From IMG/VR virus record IMGVR_UViG_3300021961_000023: 64,000 bases of DNA; one strand, 5' to 3'. Positions within the stretch are counted from its first letter, which is position 1, and every line of letters starts with the position of its first letter. The position numbers and the translations under genes were made by a program. This document shows positions 45,232 to 55,311 of this stretch, one piece after another. The notes under the pieces were generated by a model. The model had not been told where the DNA came from. It searched no databases and saw only the letters and a program-made list of their open reading frames with translations. This DNA comes from a virus.

Positions 45232-48200
45232 GTGGCAGATCCAAAAATTCGTATTAAAAGATCAGCAGTAGCTGGTCGTATTCCCAGTGTAGATCAGGTT
45301 CCTTTAGGTGAACTCGCACTTAACACATGGGATGGTCATCTGTATGCTTCCAAAAATGTAGGATTAGGAACAACAGTTGTTGCAATCAACCCCTGGTTAG
45401 TAGGAACGGGAACAAATACATATAACTCATATTTTACTGCTGGAAATATTGGTATTGGGTCAACAACCCCAACTTCAAAACTACACGTTGTAGGTGACAC
45501 ATACGTTTCTGGTGTTGTTACCGCCAACGCTGGTTTTAATCTTGGTATATCATCTGGTGGATCAGTTATCACCTCTGGTCCGATTAAGACTTTAAACTTT
45601 ATTGGTCTAGGAAATACTTTCTTAATCAATGGAACCACAGTAGATATTAGTATTCAAGGTGGTAGTGGTGGAGAGATTGGTGTTCAAGCAAATGGTTCTG
45701 TCGTTGGTTATGCACAAACAACACTAAACTTTGTTGGATCTGGTGTTACTGGCGTTTCTATTGGTACTACAACAACGATTACCATTGAACCTGGTCTTGT
45801 AGGTGCCGCAAAGTCTGTTACATCATTTACTGCAACTGCTGGACAGACAACTTTTAATGTTAACTACAGTCAAGGACAGGAAAACGTATTCCTAAACGGT
45901 GTTAGACTCTCTGAGTCACAATATACTGCTACTAGTGGTTCATCAATTATTTTAAATGACCCTGTTGGTGATGGAGATTCTATTGATATTGTTGTATATT
46001 TAAGAGGTTCAGACCCTAATAGAAACGTAGAGGTCACACTTCTTCCACCTTTCAACGGAATCACAACTGCCTTTACAATGTATAAAGGTACAACAAGTTA
46101 TTTGTTTGATCCGATTGATGAAAGACAAATCGTTGTATCCCTTGGTGGTGTTGTTCAGCAACCTGGAGTTGCTTATACTGTAGGCACAGGTTCTTCTATT
46201 TTCTTTTCATCTGCACCTGGTGCTGGTGTAAGCTGCTTTATCACTGCATTATATTCTAATACTGTTGGTGTTCCCACTGATGCAGTTAAACTTAATAAAC
46301 AAACATACACCCCAACAGGAATCCAAACAACATTCACAGTTACTGAAGGATATCGTTCTGGTTATCTTGATGTATATCGAAATGGTATTCGTCTTGTAGA
46401 TGGATCAGACTTCACTGCATCAAATGGATCTACTTTTGATCTAGTCACTCCTGCAACTGGTGGAGATGTCGTTGACATTATTGCGTATCAAACACTCAAC
46501 ATCCAATATTCAGAGTTTGCTGGTCTTTCTACAAATGTGGATGGTGGATATGGAAGTTTAACTAATCTTCAGGTATCTGGTATATCAACTCTTGGAAATG
46601 TTTTAATCGGAGTTGGTGGCACAGATCTTCTTGTAAAGGGCAATGCAAGAGTTACTGGTATTCTTACTGTTGGACCTGGAAGTATTACTTTTGATGGTAT
46701 TAATAATAAAATCACTGGTATCACAGAAACTCAGACAACAAATACATTAGTCACTGGAATCGCAACTTTTTCAAATGGTCCAGTTGTGATTGGACAAGGA
46801 TCAACTGACACAAGTAATGCACTTCAAATCATTAAAACTCTTGGAGGAGCAATACAAGTTAGGGGAGAAGTAAACTCTATTGGATCTACAAGTTTAATGT
46901 TTGATTGTCCAAGAGGTCAAGCAAGAGTGATGGCAACAGGACCTGATGCATCAACAAAAGGAACTCTGACATTCATTACAATGTCATCAAATGCTACACA
47001 GTATGTTGAAGCAATGAGAATCACAAAAGATGCTCGTATTGGTATTGGTAATACAGATCCAGATAAACCATTGGTTATTAAAGCACCAAATCCTGGGAAC
47101 TACATTACAGAAATAAGTAACACACAAAACTCAATCAATGCAAATGGTCTTTATGTAAATACAGTTAACACAGCTGCAACAACTCAACCATTGAATGTTC
47201 AAGGATCTTTGATTGTAGATGGTGCTGGTAATGTTGGAGTTGGTTCAGATAGACCTACCTTAAGATTAGACACTCTCATTACTACTGCAAATCTTTCATC
47301 TGGAACTGTACTGACTTCTCATCCTATAGCACAATTTATTAACTCTGCAGCAGGGCAAAGAGGTTTAGAAATTGGATCACCTTCTGGTGGTATGGGAGGC
47401 CCAGTATACTTAAAAGTTTCTGGTACTGCAAATCGATTTGCAGTTTTAAATCAAAATAATAATGAAAATTTAACGATTTTAGATACAGGCACTGTTGGTA
47501 TAGGAACAAGTAATCCAGGAGTTGCCTTTGCAGGACAAGGAACAGAAAAACTTCAAATTACTGGTGGAAATCTTAGATTAAGTTCTGGACGAAAAGTAAA
47601 TAGAAGTTATCCATTGATTTTATCTACAATGGAAAGTTCCAATAATATGGAACTAATATTTCAGCAAGAAGGATCCTCTTATTATTCAATACAATCAGTC
47701 AATCAATCTGTTGAGTATACTCCATTATCACTTCAACCAGCAGGTGGTAGTATTGGCATAGGAACAACAAATCCAAGAGCAAGTTTTCAAGTTTCTTCAG
47801 CACCGACTCCCAATGGTCAGATCTTTGCAATGTTTGGTAATCAAAATGATAGAAAACAATCAGATTATCAAAGGGCTTATGGAACCAATCGTCCTGTTAT
47901 TATTATTGGTAATAATAATAGAGCAACTGATGGTGCTTATGGATTATTAGGGTTATATAGTGGAGATACTACCCCTTCAACTAGTACATATTTGGGAATA
48001 GTTGAGTTTGCTATGCCTGAAAGCGGGAAAACAAACCCAAACGCATCCTTAAAAGCATTTATCGGTGGACAATCAATAGGAAGTGGGGGAGCTACGGGAG
48101 GATTTGGTGGTGCAATTGTTTTCAGTTGCCTTTCCGATAATGGTGGAGGAGTTCCTACAGAAAGATTTAGAGTTAGTCCAGATGGAGTTACTTTCAATGG

Positions 48201-48609
48201 AGATACTGCAGCAGCAAATGCACTAGATGATTATGAAGAAGGTACATGGACACCAACTTTAATAAATGGTGGTACTATGGGAATCGGTGCTGCGACATAT
48301 ACAAAAATAGGTAGGTTAGTTACAGTTTATACATATCTCACAAATGTTCAACCAACTAATAATGGAGGTACGTTTGCTATCGGCAATCTTCCATTTGCAC
48401 AAATGGGTGGAAATAGTTTTAATGGAGGTTCTATTCTTTATACTGACACTGGAGTTTTAACTGGTTGGAGACCATTAGTATGGACAGGTGATAGTTTTGT
48501 ATATTTTCATGTAGTTACTGGAAGCGGTGTAATTCGTACAAATGCTAACTGGGTTACTGTAAACAATAATGGACCATTGATATTTACAGTAAGATATTAC
48601 GCAGCATAA
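45232..48609 (+). CDS. Long tail-fibre protein
   Basis: IRIKRSAV.G..P..GELALN; C-terminal AANALDDYEEGTWTP..YTKIGRLV. Confidence 0.82.
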   Translation: MADPKIRIKRSAVAGRIPSVDQVPLGELALNTWDGHLYASKNVGLGTTVVAINPWLVGTGTNTYNSYFTAGNIGIGSTTPTSKLHVVGDTYVSGVVTANAGFNLGISSGGSVITSGPIKTLNFIGLGNTFLINGTTVDISIQGGSGGEIGVQANGSVVGYAQTTLNFVGSGVTGVSIGTTTTITIEPGLVGAAKSVTSFTATAGQTTFNVNYSQGQENVFLNGVRLSESQYTATSGSSIILNDPVGDGDSIDIVVYLRGSDPNRNVEVTLLPPFNGITTAFTMYKGTTSYLFDPIDERQIVVSLGGVVQQPGVAYTVGTGSSIFFSSAPGAGVSCFITALYSNTVGVPTDAVKLNKQTYTPTGIQTTFTVTEGYRSGYLDVYRNGIRLVDGSDFTASNGSTFDLVTPATGGDVVDIIAYQTLNIQYSEFAGLSTNVDGGYGSLTNLQVSGISTLGNVLIGVGGTDLLVKGNARVTGILTVGPGSITFDGINNKITGITETQTTNTLVTGIATFSNGPVVIGQGSTDTSNALQIIKTLGGAIQVRGEVNSIGSTSLMFDCPRGQARVMATGPDASTKGTLTFITMSSNATQYVEAMRITKDARIGIGNTDPDKPLVIKAPNPGNYITEISNTQNSINANGLYVNTVNTAATTQPLNVQGSLIVDGAGNVGVGSDRPTLRLDTLITTANLSSGTVLTSHPIAQFINSAAGQRGLEIGSPSGGMGGPVYLKVSGTANRFAVLNQNNNENLTILDTGTVGIGTSNPGVAFAGQGTEKLQITGGNLRLSSGRKVNRSYPLILSTMESSNNMELIFQQEGSSYYSIQSVNQSVEYTPLSLQPAGGSIGIGTTNPRASFQVSSAPTPNGQIFAMFGNQNDRKQSDYQRAYGTNRPVIIIGNNNRATDGAYGLLGLYSGDTTPSTSTYLGIVEFAMPESGKTNPNASLKAFIGGQSIGSGGATGGFGGAIVFSCLSDNGGGVPTERFRVSPDGVTFNGDTAAANALDDYEEGTWTPTLINGGTMGIGAATYTKIGRLVTVYTYLTNVQPTNNGGTFAIGNLPFAQMGGNSFNGGSILYTDTGVLTGWRPLVWTGDSFVYFHVVTGSGVIRTNANWVTVNNNGPLIFTVRYYAA

Positions 48610-48652
48610 ATAATCTCACCATAAATCTGTTTCAACTGGAGGTTGATCCTAA

Positions 48653-48916
48653 ATGGCATTTACAGAAAGACACGAACATAAACTGGAAATCATTCCACCA
48701 TATAATATTATTCAATGTCGTAGGGCAGATATTATTGAGAAAGATGGTAAGGAAGTTGGTAGATCTTATCATCGACATGTAAGACATCCTGGTGATGATG
48801 TGTCAGAAGATTGTGCAGAACTTCAAGCAGTTGCTGCGGCACTCTGGAATGATGAAGTTATCGCTGCTTATCAAGCATCAAAACAAATCACATATACAGA
48901 CATCACCTCAACCTGA
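48653..48916 (+). CDS. Fibre-associated small protein (putative assembly chaperone)
   Basis: GGAGG RBS; IIEKDG.E..RSYHRHV..PG...A.A.W. Confidence 0.7.
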   Translation: MAFTERHEHKLEIIPPYNIIQCRRADIIEKDGKEVGRSYHRHVRHPGDDVSEDCAELQAVAAALWNDEVIAAYQASKQITYTDITST

Positions 48917-48951
48917 GAAATAATATTTACTGGATAAATACTTATAAAATT

Positions 48952-49008
48952 GGAAAATGGGTCTCAATGATCGATGGTATAAAAAATAAGTATCCAAAAC
49001 CTGATTGA
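48952..49008 (+). pseudogene. 3' remnant of a fibre-chaperone gene
   Basis: GKWVSMIDGIKNKYPKPD* resembles the C-terminus of 57842..58183 (GSWYVGITSVKSQYPKT*); no upstream in-frame ATG. Confidence 0.6.
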
Positions 49009-49047
49009 AAAAAGTTATAAATAACTAAAAATAAAGACACAGGAAAA

Positions 49048-51066
49048 ATGGCGGATCGTTACCCATTAGTTGTTGACAGTTCAACTGGAACAGTAAAAGA
49101 GTTGCCTACTGGCGACAACTTAAATTTGAATGGAAGTGCTGTTGTAAATGCCACAGTATCTGGAGAAATAACTCTTACTCCAACAAGTGGCACTACGAAT
49201 GCAGTAACTGTCAATGGAACTTCCCCCTATGACACGGTAATCACTGGTGTTGGATCAGTTGGTATCAATACTTCTCTTCCAAATGCACCTCTTCAAATCA
49301 ATCTTCCATTTCAACCAAATGGTTCAGTTCTTGGACCATCTACAGTTGGATTCCCAACTGTTCCAACGGTAGTTGGACATCATGGTGGACTCGCCATTGG
49401 TTCAACTATAGGACCACAGATTTGGGGTGCGTCTATTACAGGTATTATTGGTGGTGGTAGTGATGGTGCTCGTGATGGAGGTGGTATAGAAATTGGTGGT
49501 GGACCATCAGTAAATAAGGGTACTTGGATCAGTCTAGCTGGTGCTAATAGAGGTGATGGATGGGCAAACTTCTTACAAGTCGCTAACGGTCCTCAAGGCA
49601 ACTTCTATAATCGTCTTAGAATTAATCCAAATGGAAATATTTCATTGGGATCTTCTCTTGGAATTGCAACTGATGTAGGAACTCGTGTTGCTGCTGGTTA
49701 TGGTACAACTGCATTTTCTATTGATGCAGGTGTCCTTCAAGTTTATACTAAACCAGCAATCGGTGATACTTGGGGATTTATTAGACCACCAGCAGTAGAC
49801 CTTGGATTTACTGGATTTGCTACAGTTCCAGTTTCACAACAACAAATTTATTCTTGGACATTTGGTGATGGATATACTGGTCCAAATGCTTGGGGTAAAC
49901 CACTCACCGCATATCTACATCACGTTAACTATGTTGATTCATCTCTCAACGGTTCTGGTTTAGAAATCGGTGCAGGACCTGCTAATGACCGTGGTGTATG
50001 GTTAGGTCTTGGTGGTGCTGCTAGAGGTGATGGTAAGGCAAACTGGTTCACTCTTGCTTCAGGTGCTTCAGGAAACTTCAAGCAAAGAATGGCAATCAAT
50101 GGAAGTGGCGACACTTACATTGGACCTGGCGGTATTGGAGCAACTTCAATTCTCATTGATAATGCTACAGGATCAGTAACTATTGGTAGTAGCTCCGTTG
50201 TAAGTTATCTGACTCCATCTGGTGGTGAACATAAGTTAAAAGTTGTTGGATTTTCAACATTTACTGATAACGTGCATTTTGGTAATGATTGGGTTGTTTC
50301 TGGAGGGGGTGACGGTATTTTTGGTCTTTATTACAGATCTCATCTAGATCCCGTATTTGGTCCAAGTGGACAAAGTTCTCAATGGGGATTTGTTAGAGCA
50401 ACTGGTGCAGGAACAACTGCAGTAAGACTCTCAGCTCCTGGTTATCTAAGCAGTGGTCCATACATTACACTCGGAACAAGTAATGTCGAAGTTACTGGTG
50501 CTCTAAATGTCACTGGTGCTCTTTCTAAAGGTTCTGGATCGTTCCGTATTGCTCACCCACTTTTACCTGGTAAAGATCTTGTTCACTCCTTCGTTGAAGG
50601 TCCTAAGTGTGATCTGATTTATAGAGGTAAGTCTACTTTAGTTGCTGGTAGTGCAACTGTTGAAATGGACTCTGAAGTTGGGTTAACTGCTGGTACTTGG
50701 GATGCTCTTACAAGAGATCCCCAGGTATTCGTAGTAAACAACTCTGGATGGACTGCTGTTAAAGGATCTGTTTCTGGTTCGACTTTGACAATCACCGCAC
50801 AAGATCCTACATGCACTGATGAAATAGATTGGATGATTGTTGCAGAACGTCAAGACGATAATATTAAGAATGCTGATTGGACTGATTCAGAAGGTCGCCC
50901 AATCCTTGAACCAGATTCTTTACCTCAAGTAGAAAATGGTATAGTTGAGATTGAAACAAGTTCTAACTTAGAAGCTGAAGTAAGTGGATATTGTGATACA
51001 AAACATGATTGTACACCAGAATGCTACTATGATCCTTTAACTGATTCAGTAGTTCATAACGAATGA
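49048..51066 (+). CDS. Tail-fibre protein (MADRYPLVV family) with FxIxHP/EGP C-terminal domain
   Basis: C-terminus LSKGSGSFRIAHP..LVHSFVEGP..IYRG. Confidence 0.8.
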   Translation: MADRYPLVVDSSTGTVKELPTGDNLNLNGSAVVNATVSGEITLTPTSGTTNAVTVNGTSPYDTVITGVGSVGINTSLPNAPLQINLPFQPNGSVLGPSTVGFPTVPTVVGHHGGLAIGSTIGPQIWGASITGIIGGGSDGARDGGGIEIGGGPSVNKGTWISLAGANRGDGWANFLQVANGPQGNFYNRLRINPNGNISLGSSLGIATDVGTRVAAGYGTTAFSIDAGVLQVYTKPAIGDTWGFIRPPAVDLGFTGFATVPVSQQQIYSWTFGDGYTGPNAWGKPLTAYLHHVNYVDSSLNGSGLEIGAGPANDRGVWLGLGGAARGDGKANWFTLASGASGNFKQRMAINGSGDTYIGPGGIGATSILIDNATGSVTIGSSSVVSYLTPSGGEHKLKVVGFSTFTDNVHFGNDWVVSGGGDGIFGLYYRSHLDPVFGPSGQSSQWGFVRATGAGTTAVRLSAPGYLSSGPYITLGTSNVEVTGALNVTGALSKGSGSFRIAHPLLPGKDLVHSFVEGPKCDLIYRGKSTLVAGSATVEMDSEVGLTAGTWDALTRDPQVFVVNNSGWTAVKGSVSGSTLTITAQDPTCTDEIDWMIVAERQDDNIKNADWTDSEGRPILEPDSLPQVENGIVEIETSSNLEAEVSGYCDTKHDCTPECYYDPLTDSVVHNE

Positions 51067-51090
51067 TTGATTAAAATATAATCCACCAAT

Positions 51091-51117
51091 ACCCTTCAGG
51101 AAACTGAAGGGTCTTTT
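51091..51117 (+). terminator. Intrinsic terminator
   Basis: ACCCTTCAG-GAAA-CTGAAGGGT followed by CTTTT. Confidence 0.8.
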
Positions 51118-51139
51118 ATTATATCTCCATAATACCCTC

Positions 51140-51169
51140 TTGACAATACCCCTTAGATCTCTCTATAAT
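51140..51169 (+). promoter_or_regulatory. Sigma70 consensus promoter
   Basis: TTGACA-18 nt-TATAAT. Confidence 0.75.
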
Positions 51170-51209
51170 ACCTTTGTTAGGGTTGATAAGAAAGCTTTAA
51201 GACTCTAAG

Positions 51210-51267
51210 AGGACAATCTAGAAACTGGCACACGGGGCCCCACAAGACCCTGTTTTTTTGGTATATT
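51210..51267 (+). promoter_or_regulatory. Box copy 3 plus extended -10
   Basis: AGGACA-N10-TGGCAC, 30 nt, then TGg-TATATT. Confidence 0.65.
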
Positions 51268-51289
51268 ACATAAGAACTGAGAGAGATCT

Positions 51290-52516
51290 GTGATTCAACT
51301 CCGCCCCCACCAAGAACGTGCTGTTGCTGCAATGCAGAAATACAGCAAGGGTCAGATTATTGTACCTACTGGTGGTGGTAAGACTCTGAAGATGATCTTT
51401 GATTCGATTCGTAACTTTCAATCTGAGATCGATCAGACTGTGGTTGTAGTTGCTCCTCGCATTCTGCTTGCAGAGCAACTGTCTTCTGAGTTTCTTGAGT
51501 TTATCACAAACGCTAAGGTTTTCCACGTTCACAGTGGCGAAACTCATCACGAATCTTCTACCAAACCTGGTGAGATTCATGCTTGGGTCAAGAACACTGC
51601 TGGTCACAAACTGATCTTCACCACTTATCACTCTCTGCAGCGTCTGCAACAGGCAGAAGTTGATGTAGACACGATCTACTTCGATGAAGCACATAACAGT
51701 GTTCAGCGTCATTTCTTCCCTGCTACTGAGCACTTCTCTGCGACTGCTAAGCGTTGCTATTTCTTTACTGCAACTCCTAAGCATTCTGTCGCTATCTCCA
51801 AACCTGGCATGAATGATTCTGCAGTCTATGGTCAAGTGATCTGCAAAGTTCCTGCTCCTGAACTGGTTAAGGGTGGTTTTATTGTTCCCCCTAAGGTTGC
51901 CGTGAAGCAGCTGCCTATGGTTCCTAAGGGTATGCAAGTTGCTGAGGTTGATGCTGAGAATCTGATCGAAACCATTGATGAGCATGGTGTTGGTAAGATT
52001 CTGATCTGTGCCAAGGCAGTCAAGCAGATCATCAATCTGGTATCTGAGTCTGACTTTTGTGCTCAACTGACTGAGCGTGGTTACTCTTACATGTACATCA
52101 GTGCTAAGACTGGTGGTGTGATTGATGGTCGCAAGGTCAATCGTGAGGTGTTCTTTGACACTCTGAGTGCATGGGGCAAGGACAATGACAAGAAGTTTGT
52201 TGTTCTGCACCACAGTATTCTGAGCGAAGGCATCAACGTGTCTGGTCTTGAAGCAGTGATCTTTATGCGTTCGATGGACTACATTGGTATTTCTCAAACC
52301 ATCGGTCGTGTGATCAGGTTGCATCATGACGACGCAAAAGGTCTTCGTGATGGTTCAATCCAACCTGGCAATCTGAATCAGTACAGCAAGTCTTTCGGTC
52401 TTGTTTGCATTCCTGTGTTCAGCAATGTTGGTATCACCACTGCTAAGCGTGTTCAGGCAGTTGTTGACACTATCTTTGAGCAGGGCGAACCTGCCATCAG
52501 CGTGGTCAAGCGTTGA
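51290..52516 (+). CDS. SF2 helicase (ResIII/DEAD-like)
   Basis: LRPHQ, PTGGGKT, DEAH, TATP, LSEGINV, QTIGRVIR. Confidence 0.92.
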   Translation: MIQLRPHQERAVAAMQKYSKGQIIVPTGGGKTLKMIFDSIRNFQSEIDQTVVVVAPRILLAEQLSSEFLEFITNAKVFHVHSGETHHESSTKPGEIHAWVKNTAGHKLIFTTYHSLQRLQQAEVDVDTIYFDEAHNSVQRHFFPATEHFSATAKRCYFFTATPKHSVAISKPGMNDSAVYGQVICKVPAPELVKGGFIVPPKVAVKQLPMVPKGMQVAEVDAENLIETIDEHGVGKILICAKAVKQIINLVSESDFCAQLTERGYSYMYISAKTGGVIDGRKVNREVFFDTLSAWGKDNDKKFVVLHHSILSEGINVSGLEAVIFMRSMDYIGISQTIGRVIRLHHDDAKGLRDGSIQPGNLNQYSKSFGLVCIPVFSNVGITTAKRVQAVVDTIFEQGEPAISVVKR

Positions 52517-52621
52517 GTCTCACTGAGATCCCAGTCCAGCACTGGGGTCAAAACCCTTTTTTTCTGCATTTTCCTCTGATGTGCCCTCTACTACCTATCC
52601 AGCAGTCCCGATCACGATTTT

Positions 52622-52793
52622 TATGAAAGAAGGCTTTATTACGAAAGATGGGTACGCTGCAGTACCTTTTGGCAATCAACTCATGATTATTTTTAACGGA
52701 CAGCAGATTAAAGTTTGTCGCACCGTAGATTCAGCACACAAGTTTATCAAAGCACATCGTGCCAGCCCAGAAACTGGCACAGTGTTTGTCTGA
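52622..52793 (+). CDS. Hypothetical protein (start uncertain)
   Basis: MKEGFITKDGYAAVPFGNQLMII. Confidence 0.6.
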
Positions 52794-52816
52794 TCGATTC
52801 CTTTTACCTCTATAGT
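52759..52816 (+). promoter_or_regulatory. Box copy 4 plus -10 (leaderless gene follows)
   Basis: Perfect GTGCCA-N10-TGGCAC, 30 nt, TATAGT, then ATG at 52821. Confidence 0.7.
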
Positions 52817-52820
52817 ATTC

Positions 52821-53039
52821 ATGAAAACTTCAACTGCCATGTGCGTCAAGAAAAAGTTTGTCTCTGTCACTCCATTGTCAAGTAAAGCAAAGAATCGATT
52901 CATCAACATTATGAACTCGTTTCACTCTTGTGAAGTGGAACAGGAAACTGCTGATAAGTTCTTTCTTGTTTCTTTGAATCGTCAATACTGCTTCTGGATT
53001 CAAAAGCAAGGAAATGAGCACTGGAAGATTGAAAGGTAA
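52821..53039 (+). CDS. Hypothetical protein
   Basis: V.V.PLSSKAKNRF.N.M...C.VEQ. Confidence 0.7.
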   Translation: MKTSTAMCVKKKFVSVTPLSSKAKNRFINIMNSFHSCEVEQETADKFFLVSLNRQYCFWIQKQGNEHWKIER

Positions 53040-53079
53040 ATAGAACTGTGCTATAATCCTACAACCTGGAGGAATTCCT

Positions 53080-53280
53080 TTGGAAGATCTCACTCAACAA
53101 AAACGCAAAGATGCATGGGGTCTCTTCTATGAGAGCGTTTTAAAACCAGATCATGATCTTCGTCAAGATTCTCATGATCAGAAGTGTTTTAATGAACTGA
53201 TGGGATGGAGAGACGAAATACTTCTATATCTTAAAACAAGATACCACCAAGAGTTCGGACTACAAAGCGGAGATGAATGA
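53080..53280 (+). CDS. Hypothetical protein
   Basis: GGAGG RBS with TTG start. Confidence 0.65.
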   Translation: MEDLTQQKRKDAWGLFYESVLKPDHDLRQDSHDQKCFNELMGWRDEILLYLKTRYHQEFGLQSGDE

Positions 53281-53978
53281 TGGACTTTTATGATGATTAC
53301 TCTTTGAAACAACTGGAAAACTGGGTGCATGATGCTATTACATGCACCAATAACTCTCCAAAAGAAATCTATGATGTGATCAAAAAAGCAGTAGAGGAAG
53401 AGTACAATGATTTTAAAGTACGGTCTGATCGCGCATATGAACTTATTCAACTTCTGAATGGGCATATGATCAACACACAACTTCCTTTGACTTGTGATAA
53501 AGATGATCCTTCAGATGAATGTAAAAACTCTTGGAATAGTTTTTGGGAAGAAGCAACGATTCAAGACAAAAAATATTCTTCTCAGTATACCGAAGAAGAA
53601 TTAAATGAGATGTGTAATAAAGCAGAGCAAGATGAGAAAGAACGTTATCGTGAGTATAATCTGCGAGAGGCAGAGTATTATGACAAGCGAGCAAAACTTG
53701 ACATCACTTATAATGGCATGATTGCTAAGGGATACACAATGACTGCTGATGGTTTTTGGATTAAAGAACCTACCAAGACTGATAGAGTTGTTAAGTGGCA
53801 ACTTCCTGTACAACAAAAGATTGAAGAAGGCATTGATGATTATTATGTTCAGTTCCCTGACGATCTGTTGGAAGCAGCAAATCTTAAAGAGGGTGATCTG
53901 GTAGAATGGATTGATAACAATAACGGAACCTATACACTTCGTAAAGTTACTTCAACACTAAAACAGGATGAGTGTTGA
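53277..53978 (+). CDS. Hypothetical protein with C-terminal AbrB/MazE-like domain
   Basis: VQFPDDLLEAANLKEGDLVEWID..GTYTLRK. Confidence 0.65.
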   Translation: MMDFYDDYSLKQLENWVHDAITCTNNSPKEIYDVIKKAVEEEYNDFKVRSDRAYELIQLLNGHMINTQLPLTCDKDDPSDECKNSWNSFWEEATIQDKKYSSQYTEEELNEMCNKAEQDEKERYREYNLREAEYYDKRAKLDITYNGMIAKGYTMTADGFWIKEPTKTDRVVKWQLPVQQKIEEGIDDYYVQFPDDLLEAANLKEGDLVEWIDNNNGTYTLRKVTSTLKQDEC

Positions 53979-54274
53979 TGGGTACTTTATCTTTTCTTGG
54001 TCCATTGCTACTATCTGCTTGTGTAGATGGTATTCTTGGTAAGGGAAATGCAATCATATGTAATTTTGAATCTCCACCTCCTGTCACAAAATACTATGAA
54101 CCAGAAAAATCTTGTTACATCGAAGGAGTCTTCTATCCAAGATGTGCTGATTATGACAACAAACTGGTAAAACACTATCACGATTTATTGAAAAGAGATC
54201 ATGAAAAAACTTTTCCTCCTGGTTGTATTCCTTTTGAGCACACCTGCTTTTGCTCAAACGGAAAAAGTTGCTGA
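53978..54274 (+). CDS. Putative Cys-rich lipoprotein
   Basis: MGTLSFLGPLLLSA-C lipobox-like motif. Confidence 0.5.
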   Translation: MGTLSFLGPLLLSACVDGILGKGNAIICNFESPPPVTKYYEPEKSCYIEGVFYPRCADYDNKLVKHYHDLLKRDHEKTFPPGCIPFEHTCFCSNGKSC

Positions 54275-54587
54275 GAAAAAAACTTATCGTCCATTTCGAT
54301 ATGAAACTCCTTGTCTTCTAGAGGCAAGTGTTCAAACGTACCCTGATACCTGTGTGGTGATTGAAACTCGTGAAACTGGCGGCGCACTTCGCACTCGTAA
54401 TATCTTTTCTAATAAACATGGATTGACAATCAAAGGTCGATTCGATAAAGAAAAGGGATATGTGACTTGGGATTCTCACAACAAGTTTGAGTATAAGTGG
54501 GAATATAAGGTCGGTGGTAATCAAGAACTTGGTGCCTGGACCTATGTGATGCCTGGATTCCTTGTACAAAACATTAGTTGGGACTGA
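54201..54587 (+). CDS. Secreted protein
   Basis: Signal peptide MKKLFLLVVFLLSTPAFA. Confidence 0.7.
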   Translation: MKKLFLLVVFLLSTPAFAQTEKVAEKKTYRPFRYETPCLLEASVQTYPDTCVVIETRETGGALRTRNIFSNKHGLTIKGRFDKEKGYVTWDSHNKFEYKWEYKVGGNQELGAWTYVMPGFLVQNISWD

Positions 54588-54589
54588 TT

Positions 54590-54895
54590 ATGATTATTGC
54601 TGCTTTGATGTGTGGGATTGCTACATACTACGGAGTTGGTGATGGTTTTCATGGACAAGTTACGGCAAATGGTGAGCGGTTTGATGCTTATCGTTGGACT
54701 GCAGCTCATCCTCATCTACCTTTGGGTACACGCATACGGGTGACAAATCAAGACAATATGAAACAAGTAATCGTGAGGATTAATGATCGTGGTCCATACT
54801 CACATGCTGATCTGGATCTTTCTTATGCTGCTTTTGCTCACATTGCTTCTGTGAGAAAAGGAAATGCTACTGTTTGTTATCGTGTTATAGGTTAA
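54590..54895 (+). CDS. rlpA: RlpA-like (DPBB) lytic transglycosylase
   Basis: ATYYG..FHG..TANGERFD...TAAH..LP.GT..VTN..VRINDRGP..DLSYAA. Confidence 0.9.
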   Translation: MIIAALMCGIATYYGVGDGFHGQVTANGERFDAYRWTAAHPHLPLGTRIRVTNQDNMKQVIVRINDRGPYSHADLDLSYAAFAHIASVRKGNATVCYRVIG

Positions 54896-54909
54896 AGGAG
54901 GATTAACCC

Positions 54910-55311
54910 ATGGGGATGTTTGACTATCTAAGAAGTTCATATGATTTGGGTGAACACTTTACGAATGTGGAGTGTCATACAAAAGATATTGAGGATGGCA
55001 TTGGTGGAACAATGACTCATTATTGGATCGATCCTCATGGGTATTTGTATGAGATTGATATCTCACAGACTGCAGATTTTGTAGAACTTAAAGAGGGTGA
55101 TGAGGGATATGAGCATGGAGTCGGACGTTCTTTTTTAAACTTTAGATGGATTCCAAACGGCAATCATGGCAAAGTCACTCCAAAACTGATTACCAAATAC
55201 GTTGAGATTTATCCATCTATATGGGGAGGAACCTGGGAATCATGGCCTCGATGTCGTGTTCACTTTAAGTATGGTAGACTTATGGACTTTGATGATGTCA
55301 CTGGGCGATGA
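54910..55311 (+). CDS. Hypothetical protein
   Basis: AGGAGG RBS; MGMFDY...TKDI. Confidence 0.75.
   Translation: MGMFDYLRSSYDLGEHFTNVECHTKDIEDGIGGTMTHYWIDPHGYLYEIDISQTADFVELKEGDEGYEHGVGRSFLNFRWIPNGNHGKVTPKLITKYVEIYPSIWGGTWESWPRCRVHFKYGRLMDFDDVTGR

Noticed and set aside
51266-52327. 353-aa antisense ORF over the helicase
   Set aside because: Shadow of a codon-biased sense gene; no motifs or RBS.
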